Positions 10,923 through 21,141 of a stretch of DNA of 64,000 nucleotides are shown one piece after another (positions within the stretch are counted from its first letter, which is position 1; each line of letters begins with the position of its first letter). The stretch covers positions 128,001 through 192,000 of the forward strand of contig CAWBMV010000036.1 of assembly GCA_963789955.1 (NCBI GenBank), written 5' to 3'. A program made the translations under genes and the position numbers. Under the pieces are notes generated by a model. It did not search any database and was not told the origin of the DNA. It saw only the letters and a list, made by a program, of their open reading frames with translations. This DNA comes from an uncultured Candidatus Rokubacteria bacterium. Its GTDB lineage: Bacteria; Methylomirabilota; Methylomirabilia; Rokubacteriales; CSP1-6.

Positions 10923-11827
10923 TCAACTCGACCGTCACCGCACCCGAGCGCGCGTCGCTCCTGCAGATCGACCCGCAGCGATTTCAGGAGCGCTTCGATC
11001 GCCAGCCGTTCCTCGTCCGGCACCGGCTCGACGATCATCCCTTGTTCTCGCTGCCGCGTCTGATCGAGCTGGCCCGGGCGCTGCCCGAAGACCAGGTCGA
11101 ATACAACGCGGGCGACGTGCCCGTCAGCCTCGACCCGACCCGAACGCCTCGCACGGGGCTCTCGATCGACGAGACCATCCGCCGGATCGAGGAATGCCGG
11201 TCGTGGATGGTGTTCAAGAACGTCGAGCGCGACCCGGCGTACCGCGGGCTCCTCGATACGTGCCTGGACCAGGTCCGCGAGCATTCCGAGTCGGCCTGGC
11301 CCGGGATGGGCCGGCGCGAAGGCTTCATCTTCGTCTCGTCGCCGGGTTCGGTGACGCCCTACCACATGGACCCCGAGCACAACTTCCTGCTGCAGGTACG
11401 CGGACAGAAGCACGTCAGCCTGTTCGACGGAGAGGACCGCGAGCTCCTCACCGAGCGCGAGCTGGAGAAGTTCTACGCTCGCGGCCACCGCAACCTGGTC
11501 TTCGCCGACGCAAACCAGCAGAAGGCCCAGGTCTTCGCGCTCGCGTCCGGCGACGGGCTCTACTTTCCCGTGACCTGGCCGCACTGGGTCAAGAACGGCT
11601 CGCAGGTCTCGGTGTCGTTCAGCATCACGTTCCGGACGGCGTCGTCCGATCGCCGCGAGGTGCTCTATCGCGTCAACGAGCGGCTGCGGCGAGTCGGGAT
11701 CCGCCTGCCGCCGGTGGGCCACTCGGAGCTGGTCGACGGCGCCAAGTATCAGGCCTTCCGGACCCTGGCCCGCGCGCATCGCTTGTTCGGAGGCCGCGGC
11801 ACGCCCGCCATACGAAGCTACCAGTGA
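10919..11827 (+). CDS. JmjC/cupin-like 2-oxoglutarate-Fe(II) oxygenase
   Basis: VTPYHMDPEHNFLLQVRG (HxD) and PVTWPHWVKN (distal His). Confidence 0.88.
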   Translation: MINSTVTAPERASLLQIDPQRFQERFDRQPFLVRHRLDDHPLFSLPRLIELARALPEDQVEYNAGDVPVSLDPTRTPRTGLSIDETIRRIEECRSWMVFKNVERDPAYRGLLDTCLDQVREHSESAWPGMGRREGFIFVSSPGSVTPYHMDPEHNFLLQVRGQKHVSLFDGEDRELLTERELEKFYARGHRNLVFADANQQKAQVFALASGDGLYFPVTWPHWVKNGSQVSVSFSITFRTASSDRREVLYRVNERLRRVGIRLPPVGHSELVDGAKYQAFRTLARAHRLFGGRGTPAIRSYQ

Positions 11828-11834
11828 GGCACGC

Positions 11835-12989
11835 ATGCGCGCGGTGACGCGCCGATCACGTACGCTTCCGACCTTGCTCCTGATTCTGGTCGCGACCTTG
11901 ATCGGCGTCGGGTGCGTTTACAGCGGCTATCTCGCGAACATGCTCCCGACCGCCGCCGCCGAGCTCGACGAGCTCACGCTGCCACCGGGCTTTCGCATCG
12001 CCGTCTACGCCGCCGACGTGCCGAACGCCCGGCAGATGGCGCTGGGGCCGCCAGGTGTCGTGTTCGTTGGCTCGAACGCGGCGGGCAAGGTGTACGCGGT
12101 GGTGGATCGCGACGGCGGCAACCGCACGGTGCACGTCGTGGCCAGCGGCCTCAGCATGCCGAGCGGGATCGCGTTCCGCGACGGCGCGCTCTACGTCGCC
12201 GCGGTGAACCGCATCCTGCGCTACCGTGACGTCGCCCGCGATCCGGCGCACCCGCCGAAGCCCGAGGTCGTCACCGACGCCTATCCGTCCGACCCGCATC
12301 ACGGCTGGAAGTTCATCGCGTTCGGACCGGACGGGCGGCTCTACGTGCCGGTCGGCGCGCCGTGCAACATCTGTACGCCTCCGGGGCCGCTGCACGCCAC
12401 GATCACGCGGCTCGACCTCGCGGGCGGCCGGCCCGAGGTGGTGGCGCGGGGCGTGCGGAACAGCGTCGGCTTCGACTTCGATCCGGCGAACGGGGATCTC
12501 TGGTTTACCGACAACGGTCGCGACTGGCTCGGTGACGACCAGCCGCCGGACGAGCTGAATCATCTGACCAAGGTCGGCGAGCATTTTGGATTCCCGTTCT
12601 GTCACGGCAACGGCCTGCGCGATCCCGAGCACAACGCCGGGCGCGCCTGCAGCGAGTTCACGCCGCCGGCCCGCGAGCTCGGCCCCCACGTGGCGGCGAT
12701 CGGCATGCGCTTCTATACCGGCCGGATGTTTCCTGAGAAGTATCGCGGCGGCGTCTTCATCGCCGAGCACGGCTCGTGGAATCGCTCGACGCCGATCGGC
12801 TACCGCGTCTCCTTCGTGAAGATCGAGAATGGGCGCGCCACGTCGTACGAGCCCTTCGCCGCGGGCTGGCTCAAGGGCGGCGCCGCGTCGGGCCGCCCGG
12901 CCGACGTGCTCGTGATGCCCGACGGCGCGCTGCTCGTGTCCGACGACAAAGCCGGCCGCATCTACCGCATCACCTACGCCGGCAGCTAG
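11835..12989 (+). CDS. PQQ-dependent sugar (glucose/sorbosone) dehydrogenase family protein
   Basis: GVRNSVGFDF, DNGRDWLGDDQPPDELN, HGSWNRS, GRPADV...LLVSDD. Confidence 0.9.
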   Translation: MRAVTRRSRTLPTLLLILVATLIGVGCVYSGYLANMLPTAAAELDELTLPPGFRIAVYAADVPNARQMALGPPGVVFVGSNAAGKVYAVVDRDGGNRTVHVVASGLSMPSGIAFRDGALYVAAVNRILRYRDVARDPAHPPKPEVVTDAYPSDPHHGWKFIAFGPDGRLYVPVGAPCNICTPPGPLHATITRLDLAGGRPEVVARGVRNSVGFDFDPANGDLWFTDNGRDWLGDDQPPDELNHLTKVGEHFGFPFCHGNGLRDPEHNAGRACSEFTPPARELGPHVAAIGMRFYTGRMFPEKYRGGVFIAEHGSWNRSTPIGYRVSFVKIENGRATSYEPFAAGWLKGGAASGRPADVLVMPDGALLVSDDKAGRIYRITYAGS

Positions 12990-13071
12990 CCTCCGCTATC
13001 GTTCCCCCGTCCGAAGCCCCGTTGCCGGTACAATGGGCGCCGGTTCGACCTGTTCGTTAGGAGGAGTACCA

Positions 13072-13764
13072 ATGGACGCATGGACGACGAATTCAGTCCA
13101 GACGGCGGATCGAGTCTCCGCCTTCCTCTGGAAAGTGTACGGATGGATGGCCATCGGCCTCGGTCTCACGGCGATGGTGGCGTTCGCGGTGGCCGGCTCA
13201 CCGGATCTGCTCAGGGTGCTGGTCGGCAACCGCCTCGTGTTCTTCGGCCTCGTGATCGCCGAGCTGGGGCTGGTCTTCTACCTGTCCGCCCGGGCGGATC
13301 GTCTCGCCCCCGGCACGGCCGCCGGCCTCTTCGCGCTCTACTCGGCGCTGAACGGCGTCACCCTGTCCGCGATCCTGCTCGTCTACACGGGCGAGTCGGT
13401 GACGATGACCTTCGTGGTGACCGCCGGCATGTTCGGCGCGCTCGCGCTCTTCGGCTCGACGACGAAGCGGAGCCTGGCGGGCGCCGGGCAGTTCTTCATG
13501 ATGGGCCTGGTCGGCCTCATCCTGGCCTCGCTCATCGGCATGTTCTGGCACAACGACGCGCTGCAGTTCCTGATCTCGATAGTCGGCGTCATCGTCTTCA
13601 CCGGCCTCACCGCGTGGGACGCGCAGCGGCTCAAGCAGATGGCGCTGGCCCTGCCGCAGGGCCAGGTGGGGTCCTACGCCGTCGTCGGCGCGTTGTCCCT
13701 CTATCTCAACTTCATCAACCTCTTCCTGATGCTGCTGCGCTTCACCGGCAGCCGTCGGGAATGA
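13072..13764 (+). CDS. Bax inhibitor-1/YccA family membrane protein
   Basis: VYGWMAIGL, FTGLTAWDAQRLK, GALSLYLNFINLFLMLL; AGGAGG RBS. Confidence 0.93.
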   Translation: MDAWTTNSVQTADRVSAFLWKVYGWMAIGLGLTAMVAFAVAGSPDLLRVLVGNRLVFFGLVIAELGLVFYLSARADRLAPGTAAGLFALYSALNGVTLSAILLVYTGESVTMTFVVTAGMFGALALFGSTTKRSLAGAGQFFMMGLVGLILASLIGMFWHNDALQFLISIVGVIVFTGLTAWDAQRLKQMALALPQGQVGSYAVVGALSLYLNFINLFLMLLRFTGSRRE

Positions 13765-13807
13765 GGTAACGAACTCACGAACCGCGCATCCCAGAGGAGA
13801 TCGATCG

Positions 13808-15334
13808 ATGCGGCATCTCCGTGTTGTCGCGTGTGTCCTGCTCGTCGTGTTCGCCGTCGCCGCCCCGGCGGCGGCGGCCCCCGAGGGCCAGCTGACGTGG
13901 GGCGTACACATCTCGCTCGCGCCCACCTGGTTCGATCCTGCCGAGACCCAGGGCCTCATCACGCCCTTCATGCTCCTGTACGCGATCCACGACGCAATGG
14001 CCAAGGCGATGCCCGGGAACACCACCGCGCCGAGCCTGGCCGAATCGTGGCAGATCTCGCCTGACGGGCGCGTCTACGATTTCATGCTCCGCAAGGGGGT
14101 AAAGTTCCACAACGGCGACCCGCTCACCTCCGAGGACGTGAAATTCTCGTTCGACCGGTACCGGGGCGCGAACGCCAAGCAGCTCAAGGATCGCGTCGCC
14201 GCCGTCGAGACGCCGGGCCCGCTCCACGTGAGGTTCCGGCTGAAGAACCCCTGGCCCGACTTCATGACGTTCTACACCGCGGCCAGCGGCGCGGGCTGGA
14301 TCGTACCGAAGAAGTACGTCGAGAAGGTGGGCGACGAGGGCTACAAGAAGGCGCCGATCGGCGCCGGCCCGTACAAGTTCGTCTCGTTCTCGCCCGGCGT
14401 CGAGCTGGTGATGGAGGCGTTCGACGGGTACTGGCGCAAGACGCCGAACGTCAAGCGTTTCGTCTTCAAGGTCATCGGTGACGAATCGACCCGTCTGGCC
14501 GCGCTGAAGCGCGGTGAGATCGACATCGTGTACTCAATCCGCGGCGAGCTGGCCGAGGAGCTGCAGCGGACACCTGGGCTCGCGCTGAAGCCGACCGTGA
14601 TCCAGTCGCCGCAGTGGGTGAGCATGCTGGATCAGTGGGACCCGAAATCGCCCTGGCACGACCGGCGCGTGCGCCTGGCGGCCAATTTGGCGATCGACCG
14701 CAAGGCGATCAACGACGCCATCACGCTCGGGCATTCCCGGCTGACGTACAGCATCATTCCGAGCACGTTCGACTTCTACTGGCAGCCGCCGACGTACGCG
14801 TTCGATCCCGCGCAGGCCAAGAAGCTCCTCGCCGAGGCGGGGTTCCCCAACGGCTTCGACGCCGGCGAATACTACCTGGACATCGCGTACGCGAACGTGC
14901 AGGAGGCGGTCGCCAACTATTTCCAGCAGGTCGGCATCCGCACCAAGCTGAGGCCTGTGGAGCGCGCGTCCCACTGGGCGAGCTATGCCGACAAGAAGTA
15001 CAAGAATCTCGCGTACACGGCGAGCGGCGCGTTCGGCAACGCGGCCACGCGGCTGGAGACGTTCGTCGTCGCGGGCGGCGCGTACGTCTACGGCAGCTAT
15101 CCCGAGATCGACTCGCTGTTCAAGGACCAGGCCGCGGAGATGGACCGCAAGAAGCGCGAGGCGCTCCTGCACAAGATCCAGCAGATCGTGCACGAGAAGA
15201 CGATGGTGATCCCGATCTGGGAGCTCGCGTTCATCAACGGCCAGGGCCCCCGGGTGCAGGAGTCGGGACTCGGGCTCATCCCCGGTCACGCCTACTCGGC
15301 GCCCTACGAAGACGTGAAGCTCAAGGCGAAGTAG
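13808..15334 (+). CDS. ABC transporter substrate-binding protein, family 5 (stand-alone)
   Basis: Signal peptide; PSLAESW...LRKGVKFHNGDPLTSEDVKFSF, PIGAGPYKF. Confidence 0.93.
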   Translation: MRHLRVVACVLLVVFAVAAPAAAAPEGQLTWGVHISLAPTWFDPAETQGLITPFMLLYAIHDAMAKAMPGNTTAPSLAESWQISPDGRVYDFMLRKGVKFHNGDPLTSEDVKFSFDRYRGANAKQLKDRVAAVETPGPLHVRFRLKNPWPDFMTFYTAASGAGWIVPKKYVEKVGDEGYKKAPIGAGPYKFVSFSPGVELVMEAFDGYWRKTPNVKRFVFKVIGDESTRLAALKRGEIDIVYSIRGELAEELQRTPGLALKPTVIQSPQWVSMLDQWDPKSPWHDRRVRLAANLAIDRKAINDAITLGHSRLTYSIIPSTFDFYWQPPTYAFDPAQAKKLLAEAGFPNGFDAGEYYLDIAYANVQEAVANYFQQVGIRTKLRPVERASHWASYADKKYKNLAYTASGAFGNAATRLETFVVAGGAYVYGSYPEIDSLFKDQAAEMDRKKREALLHKIQQIVHEKTMVIPIWELAFINGQGPRVQESGLGLIPGHAYSAPYEDVKLKAK

Positions 15335-15342
15335 CGAAGGCG

Positions 15343-15377
15343 GTAAGGAGGCCGCGGTCGTGCGGCGGCCTCCTTAC
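15343..15377. terminator. 13-bp inverted repeat between convergent genes
   Basis: GTAAGGAGGCCGC ... GCGGCCTCCTTAC. Confidence 0.6.
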
Positions 15378-16201
15378 TTGAAGCGGTCGACCCCCGTCCC
15401 ACGGTAGAGAATTTTCGCCGACTGCGCGACCACGGCGGCGTGGTGGGCGCGGGCCTCCGGCGCCAGGTCGGACGCGGGCGGGTGCTCGGGCGCGAAGTGA
15501 CGGTAGTCATCGACGCCGCGCACCAGCATCGCGCTGTCGCCGTCGCCCGCGATCTGCCGCACGTACGTCGGGATGTAGCGGATCGCGAAGCCGATGCGCC
15601 GGTCGTCCGACCGGTTGGCGGGCGAGCCGTGCACCATCCGAACGTGATGCAGGGACATCTCGCCGGCGCGCAGCAGGATGTCGACGCCGCGCGCCTCATC
15701 GACCTCGACGGCGATCTCCTGGCCGCGCGAGAGCAGATTGTTCGGCGCGAAGGTGTCGCGATGCTCGAGCTGCGCGTCGTGCGAGCCCGGGACCATCCGC
15801 ATCGCGCCGTTCTCGACCGTCGCGTCGGTGAAGGCCACCCACGCCGTGAGGACGTCCGGCGCGCTCAGCCCCCAGTAGGTGGCGTCCTGATGCCAGGAGA
15901 CGTACGCGGAATCGCGCGCTTCCTTGATGAAGAAGCTCGTGCTCCACGCGAGGAGGTTCGGTCCGAGGACGTCCTCGACCGCGTCGAGAATCGACGGGTG
16001 GCGCACGAGGTCGGCCAGCCACGTGAAGAGCAGGTGCGGCTTGTGGCGGATCTCGCCACTGAGCCGGCCGCCGTGCTCGGCCTCGACGGCCTCGAGCCGC
16101 CGGCGCAACGCCAGCGCCTCGCCCGGGGACATCACGCGAACCGGAAAATAGAATCCGTCCCGCCGGTATTGCTCGACCGCGGCCGAAGCGAGTCTCGTCA
16201 T
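15374..16201 (-). CDS. Phytanoyl-CoA dioxygenase (PhyH) family protein
   Basis: VSWHQDATYWGL, NGAMRMVPGSH, HGSPANRSDDRRIG. Confidence 0.92.
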   Translation of the reverse strand: MTRLASAAVEQYRRDGFYFPVRVMSPGEALALRRRLEAVEAEHGGRLSGEIRHKPHLLFTWLADLVRHPSILDAVEDVLGPNLLAWSTSFFIKEARDSAYVSWHQDATYWGLSAPDVLTAWVAFTDATVENGAMRMVPGSHDAQLEHRDTFAPNNLLSRGQEIAVEVDEARGVDILLRAGEMSLHHVRMVHGSPANRSDDRRIGFAIRYIPTYVRQIAGDGDSAMLVRGVDDYRHFAPEHPPASDLAPEARAHHAAVVAQSAKILYRGTGVDRFK

Positions 16202-16869
16202 CGGGTCATGGGCCTCGGGTCGATGGTACCCGAAGAGGCGCGCGCCCACACGGCGTACAACGGATCCCCACGCTCCGGCGACCGGTCCTCGTCCTTCACG
16301 TCGGCCCAACCGCCGCCGGCGTCGAAATAGGCGCGCACGAGCCCCACGTGCTGTGCGTCGGTGGTGTCGAGCCAGACGGCGACCGCCTTCGTCGGGAAGC
16401 ACCGGTTCGAGAACGATACGACGAAGGGCGCGCCCGGCCGCAGCACGCGGCGCACCTCGCGAAGCAGGCGCGCGGGATGGATCACGTACTGGATCGAGAC
16501 CGCGCACATCCCGCCGTCGAACTCCGCGTCGTCGAAGGGCAGCCGCGTCTCGCGATTCACGTCGTGGACGACGTGGGCCGTCAGGTGCGGATTGTCGGCC
16601 ATCTCCTCGGCGTTCAGACCCAGGCCGACGACGGACCCTGCGCGAAAGCCCGGCGGCAGGTGGCTGCGCCAGCTGCTCATCAGATCGAGCAGGCGGCCGC
16701 CCGGCGGAAGAATCTCGGCATACAGGCCACCGAGCGCGGCGATCGCGCCGTCGTCGATGTGGACGACCTTGCGCGGAACGACATAGAAGCGATCGTCTGG
16801 AGACTCGTCGTCACGCGTGAAGGCGAGCGGCGACAGCAGACCGTCGCCGGCGGGCGCCTCCGCGTCCAT
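16198..16869 (-). CDS. Class I SAM-dependent methyltransferase
   Basis: LLDLMSSWRSHLP, RVLRPGAPFVVSFSNRCFPTKAV. Confidence 0.9.
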   Translation of the reverse strand: MDAEAPAGDGLLSPLAFTRDDESPDDRFYVVPRKVVHIDDGAIAALGGLYAEILPPGGRLLDLMSSWRSHLPPGFRAGSVVGLGLNAEEMADNPHLTAHVVHDVNRETRLPFDDAEFDGGMCAVSIQYVIHPARLLREVRRVLRPGAPFVVSFSNRCFPTKAVAVWLDTTDAQHVGLVRAYFDAGGGWADVKDEDRSPERGDPLYAVWARASSGTIDPRPMTR

Positions 16870-16874
16870 CTTTG

Positions 16875-17252
16875 CTAGCTCTCGGGCGAGACGGTGGCGT
16901 AGAAGCTACTGTCCATGCTCTCCATATAGATCTGGCGCTTGCCCCCCTGGTCGACGTACAGCTTGAGCGAGCCCTCCTGGATCGGCGGCGCCATCTGATA
17001 CGTCGCCTGCCCACCCACCACGGCCACGGTCCCTCGAGCCGTGGTGCTTCCCCAGATCGCGATCAGCGTTCGATCGGGGGAGATCGTGAGGTAGAGGAAA
17101 TCGACCCGCGGGCCGATCGTCGCCGAGCCCTTCCACTTGCCGACGAGCTGATCGATGCTGGTGACGGGTGTCGCCGGTGTGGCCGACGCGCACGCTTGAA
17201 CGACGAGCAGCAGGACCGCGAGCACCACGAAACGAAGCTGTCGCATGGTCAT
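16875..17252 (-). CDS. Hypothetical lipoprotein
   Basis: Hydrophobic signal ending VQAC (lipobox-like); GGAGGG RBS. Confidence 0.7.
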   Translation of the reverse strand: MTMRQLRFVVLAVLLLVVQACASATPATPVTSIDQLVGKWKGSATIGPRVDFLYLTISPDRTLIAIWGSTTARGTVAVVGGQATYQMAPPIQEGSLKLYVDQGGKRQIYMESMDSSFYATVSPES

Positions 17253-17362
17253 CCCCCTCCGGCCGCGAGCCTGCCCTGCGCCGCGGTCCTCCGTAATTGG
17301 ACCTTGGTCCCGGCGCCAGGGGCGTTCGACCCGGCCGCGAGGTACGATGAGCCAGACGCGCC

Positions 17363-18040
17363 ATGCGTATTCTCGTCGTCGAGGACGATCGGAAGGTCGC
17401 GAGCTTCATCCGGCAGGGGCTCGAAGAAGAGGGCCATACCGTGGAAGCCGCCGCCGACGGTGACGCCGCGCTCGACCTGCTGCTCGGCGCGGACCCCTAC
17501 GATCTGATCGTCCTCGACGTCATGCTGCCCAAGCGCGACGGCTTCGCGGTGCTCAAGGCCGCGCGGCAGTCGGGGGTACTCTCGCCCGTCATCATGCTCA
17601 CTGCGCGCGACAGCGTCGCCGACAAGGTGACCGGGCTCGATCTCGGCGCCGACGACTATCTGGCCAAGCCGTTCGCGTTCGACGAGCTCCTGGCCCGCGT
17701 CCGCGCGCTGTTCCGGCGCGGCTCGGAGCGGCGAGCCCCCGTGCTCCGGCTGGCCGACCTGACGCTCGATCCGGCCACGCGCAAGGTGGAGCGGGCTGGG
17801 CGTCGGATCGAGCTCACCACGCGGGAGTGGGCGCTGCTCGAGTACTTCATGCGCAATGCCGGGCGCATTCTCACGCGCCCGATGCTGGTGCAGCACGTGT
17901 GGGGGCTCGACTTCGACCCGGAGAGCAACATCGTCGACGTGTACGTCGGCTATCTCCGCCGCAAGATCGACGGCCCGCAGGAGCAGAAGCTCTTCCACAC
18001 GATTCGCGGAGCGGGCTACGTCCTGAAGGACGAGCCCTGA
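17363..18040 (+). CDS. OmpR-family response regulator
   Basis: ILVVEDD, LDVMLP, GADDYLAKPF, SNIVDVYVGYLRRKID. Confidence 0.95.
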   Translation: MRILVVEDDRKVASFIRQGLEEEGHTVEAAADGDAALDLLLGADPYDLIVLDVMLPKRDGFAVLKAARQSGVLSPVIMLTARDSVADKVTGLDLGADDYLAKPFAFDELLARVRALFRRGSERRAPVLRLADLTLDPATRKVERAGRRIELTTREWALLEYFMRNAGRILTRPMLVQHVWGLDFDPESNIVDVYVGYLRRKIDGPQEQKLFHTIRGAGYVLKDEP

Positions 18041-18042
18041 CG

Positions 18043-19434
18043 ATGCGCCCGCTCTCGATCCGCGCGCGGTTGACGCTCTGGTACACGGGCGTCGTCGTCG
18101 CTATCCTGCTCCTGGTCAGCGTCGCGGCGTACTCGCTCTTACGCTGGCACCTGTTCAACGATCTCGACGCGTCACTGTTCACCGTGGCCGGTGTGCTCCG
18201 CGACGCGCCGCCCGCGGACCCGGCCGCGCCGCTGCCGCCCGACCTCGAGCCGCTAGTGCGCGAGTTCCTGGGCGCGGAGTTCGCCGACGCCCTGATGCAG
18301 CTCCTCGACCCGCAGGGCCAGGTGCGCTCCCGCGCACTGCGGCCGGCCCTGCCGCTCTCGCGTGCGGCGCGGATGAACGCGTTGCGCGGCGAGCCCACGA
18401 TCGAGACGGTCGACCTCAGCACGGGAGACCGGGCGCGGCTGCTCACGATGCCGGTCGTACGGGCCGGGCGCGTCGTCGATCTGGTCCAGGTGGCCATGCC
18501 GCTGCGCCGGACGCATCAGACACTCGTCCGGTACGTCGAGACGCTGCTGGTGCTCGTCCCGCTGGGCGCGGTGCTCTCGGCGGTCGGCGGCTGGGTGCTG
18601 GCGCGCCGCGCGCTCCGGCCGGTCGATCGGATGTCGCAGAGCGCCCTGCGGATCAGCGCCGAGGACCTGAGCCGGCGCCTCGAGCGCCGGGGGACGCAGG
18701 ACGAGATCGACCGCCTCGCCGATACGCTCAACGCGATGCTCGCGCGACTGGAAGCCGCGTTCAGCGAGATGCAGCGCTTCACCGCCGACGCCGCGCACGA
18801 GCTGCGGACTCCGCTCACGGCGCTGCGGGGCGGAATCGAGATCGCGCTTCGCGCGGAGCGCTCGCCCGACGAGTATCGCCGCGTCCTCGTCTCGAGCATC
18901 GAGGAAGTCGATCAGCTCATCCGTCTCGCCGAGGACCTGCTGCTGCTCTCGCGATCCACCGTCGGCCTCAACGTCACCCGCCAGCCGGTGGACCTCGAGC
19001 CCCTGTGCCTCGAGGCGCTCGAGCTCGGCGTGCGCCTGGCCAAGGGCAAGGGCGTCATGGTCAGCCTCGGCGCCACGGCCCCCGCGGTAGTGCAGGCAGA
19101 TGCCGGCGCGCTGCGCCGGGCGCTCCTGAACCTGGTCGACAATGCGGTCAAGTACACGCCCGCCGGCGGCACCGTCGCGATCTCGCTCGAGCGGACACCC
19201 GCGGGCGCCACGCTCGCAGTCGAGGATACCGGCATCGGCATCGATCCGGCCGACGCCCGACGCATTTTCGAGCCTTTCGTTCGGCTCGACGCCGGTCGCA
19301 GCCGCGATACAGGCGGGAGCGGGCTCGGACTGGCCATCGCCCGGTCCATCGTCGTCGCCGCCGGCGGCACGCTCGAGGTCGAGAGCCGCCCAGGCGGCGG
19401 CAGCCGCTTCACGATCCGCCTCCCCGCCGCCTAG
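18043..19434 (+). CDS. HAMP-domain sensor histidine kinase
   Basis: FTADAAHELRTPL, NLVDNAVKY, DTGIGI, GSGLGLAI. Confidence 0.95.
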   Translation: MRPLSIRARLTLWYTGVVVAILLLVSVAAYSLLRWHLFNDLDASLFTVAGVLRDAPPADPAAPLPPDLEPLVREFLGAEFADALMQLLDPQGQVRSRALRPALPLSRAARMNALRGEPTIETVDLSTGDRARLLTMPVVRAGRVVDLVQVAMPLRRTHQTLVRYVETLLVLVPLGAVLSAVGGWVLARRALRPVDRMSQSALRISAEDLSRRLERRGTQDEIDRLADTLNAMLARLEAAFSEMQRFTADAAHELRTPLTALRGGIEIALRAERSPDEYRRVLVSSIEEVDQLIRLAEDLLLLSRSTVGLNVTRQPVDLEPLCLEALELGVRLAKGKGVMVSLGATAPAVVQADAGALRRALLNLVDNAVKYTPAGGTVAISLERTPAGATLAVEDTGIGIDPADARRIFEPFVRLDAGRSRDTGGSGLGLAIARSIVVAAGGTLEVESRPGGGSRFTIRLPAA

Positions 19435-19567
19435 TCAGACACCATTCCGGGCTAAGAGGCTTCTCATCCCCGTTTCACGACTGGCTTACGTCTCGCCGAT
19501 AAGGTGAATGCCGTGACACAATCGCGCACGAGAAGTGCACGCGATAACGAAAAGGGGAGGCGAACTC

Positions 19568-21040
19568 ATGAGGATCTTGAACAGCAATCGGCGCTGGGCA
19601 GCGCCCATCGTTGCCCTGGTTGCCGTCGCGGCCATGGTGGGGTTGCTGCCCCACTTCGGCTTCACGAGCGCGTCGGACGCGCCGATCTGGACAGAGCACG
19701 CCTCCGCGCAGGCCGTCCAGATCCAGGCGCCGGACTGGGTGCGCCTCAGCAAGGAGGCGATGCCCGCGGTCGTGAACATCAGCTCCAAGCTCAATGCCGA
19801 ATCGGCGATGCCGCCGCAATTGAAAGGGCAGCCCGACGATCGCTCGATGGATGATTTCTTCAAGCGCTTCTTCGGTGAAGGGCCGGAGCAGCGTCGTCCC
19901 GCGCGGGCCGGCGGCTCGGGCTTCATCGTGAACGCGAATGGGTTCATCATCACCAACAACCACGTCGTCGAGAACGCGGCCGACATCCAGGTGAAGCTCG
20001 ACGACGGGCGCGAGCTCCCGGCGAAGGTCGTGGGGCGCGACGCCAAGACCGATCTCGCCCTCCTGAAGATCGACGCCACCGGATTGCCGGTGATCCCCCT
20101 CGGTGATTCGACGGCGCTTCAGGTCGGCGAGCCGGTAATGGCGATCGGCAATCCATTCGGGCTGGAGCAGACCGTGACGACCGGCATCGTCAGCGCGACC
20201 GGCCGAGTGATCGGGAGCGGTCCGTACGACAATTTCATCCAGACCGACGCGTCGATCAATCCGGGCAACAGCGGGGGCCCGCTGATCAACGCGCGCGGTG
20301 AGGTCATCGGCATCAACACCGCCATCTTCAGTCGTGGCGGCGGGTCGGTCGGGATCGGCTTTGCGGTGCCGTCGAGCCTGGCCAAGACCGTGATCACGCA
20401 GCTCGCCGATCATGGCACGGTCGAGCGCGGATGGCTCGGCGTGTCGATCCAGCCGCTCACCAAGGAGCTCGCCGCGAGCTTCAAGCGCAGCGACACGAGC
20501 GGCGCGCTCGTCTCGGCGGTGATGGAAGGCTCTCCAGCGGACAAGGCCGGCGTGAAGGCCGGTGACGTGATCGTCGAGTTCAACGGCAAGAAGATCGCGA
20601 AGGCGACCGATCTGCCCGGCCTCGTGGCCGACGTGCCGGTCGGGAAGGACGTGGCGATGGTGGTGATGCGGGAGGGCAAGGAGCAGGGCCTGAACGCGCA
20701 CATCGCCAAGCTCGAGGACGAGTCGCGCGCCAAGGTCGCCGCCGAAACCGACGGCAAGGGCAAGCTGGGCCTGTCCGTGCAGCCCCTCACGCCACCGATG
20801 GCGCGTGAGCTCGGGCTGAAGGTGAAAGAGGGTGTGCTGGTCCGCGACGTCGTCGAGGGCGGCCGCGCGGCCGAAGCCGGCATCCGCGCCGGTGACGTGA
20901 TCGTCGAGGTCGACCGCCGGCCGGTCCGTACGATCGAGGACTTCATGGCGCGGCTCGACAAGCAGGCCAAGGACGCGCCGGTCGTGATGCTCGTGAATCG
21001 CGACGGCCAGACGATGTACGTGGCCATTCCGGCCGTGTAG
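19568..21040 (+). CDS. DegP/DegQ (HtrA) serine protease with two PDZ domains
   Basis: TNNHVV, TDLALLK, QTDASINPGNSGGPL. Confidence 0.95.
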   Translation: MRILNSNRRWAAPIVALVAVAAMVGLLPHFGFTSASDAPIWTEHASAQAVQIQAPDWVRLSKEAMPAVVNISSKLNAESAMPPQLKGQPDDRSMDDFFKRFFGEGPEQRRPARAGGSGFIVNANGFIITNNHVVENAADIQVKLDDGRELPAKVVGRDAKTDLALLKIDATGLPVIPLGDSTALQVGEPVMAIGNPFGLEQTVTTGIVSATGRVIGSGPYDNFIQTDASINPGNSGGPLINARGEVIGINTAIFSRGGGSVGIGFAVPSSLAKTVITQLADHGTVERGWLGVSIQPLTKELAASFKRSDTSGALVSAVMEGSPADKAGVKAGDVIVEFNGKKIAKATDLPGLVADVPVGKDVAMVVMREGKEQGLNAHIAKLEDESRAKVAAETDGKGKLGLSVQPLTPPMARELGLKVKEGVLVRDVVEGGRAAEAGIRAGDVIVEVDRRPVRTIEDFMARLDKQAKDAPVVMLVNRDGQTMYVAIPAV

Positions 21041-21051
21041 CTCGAGTCTTC

Positions 21052-21077
21052 CCGGGGGGAGCGACGGCTCCCCCCGG
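21052..21077 (+). terminator. GC-rich hairpin after the protease gene
   Basis: CCGGGGGGAGC-GACG-GCTCCCCCCGG. Confidence 0.6.
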
Positions 21078-21141
21078 ATCTCTTCCCGCTGAGACGAAGG
21101 TCCGAGTAGCCGAGCGATGCTCATCGCGGTATGCCACTAGC

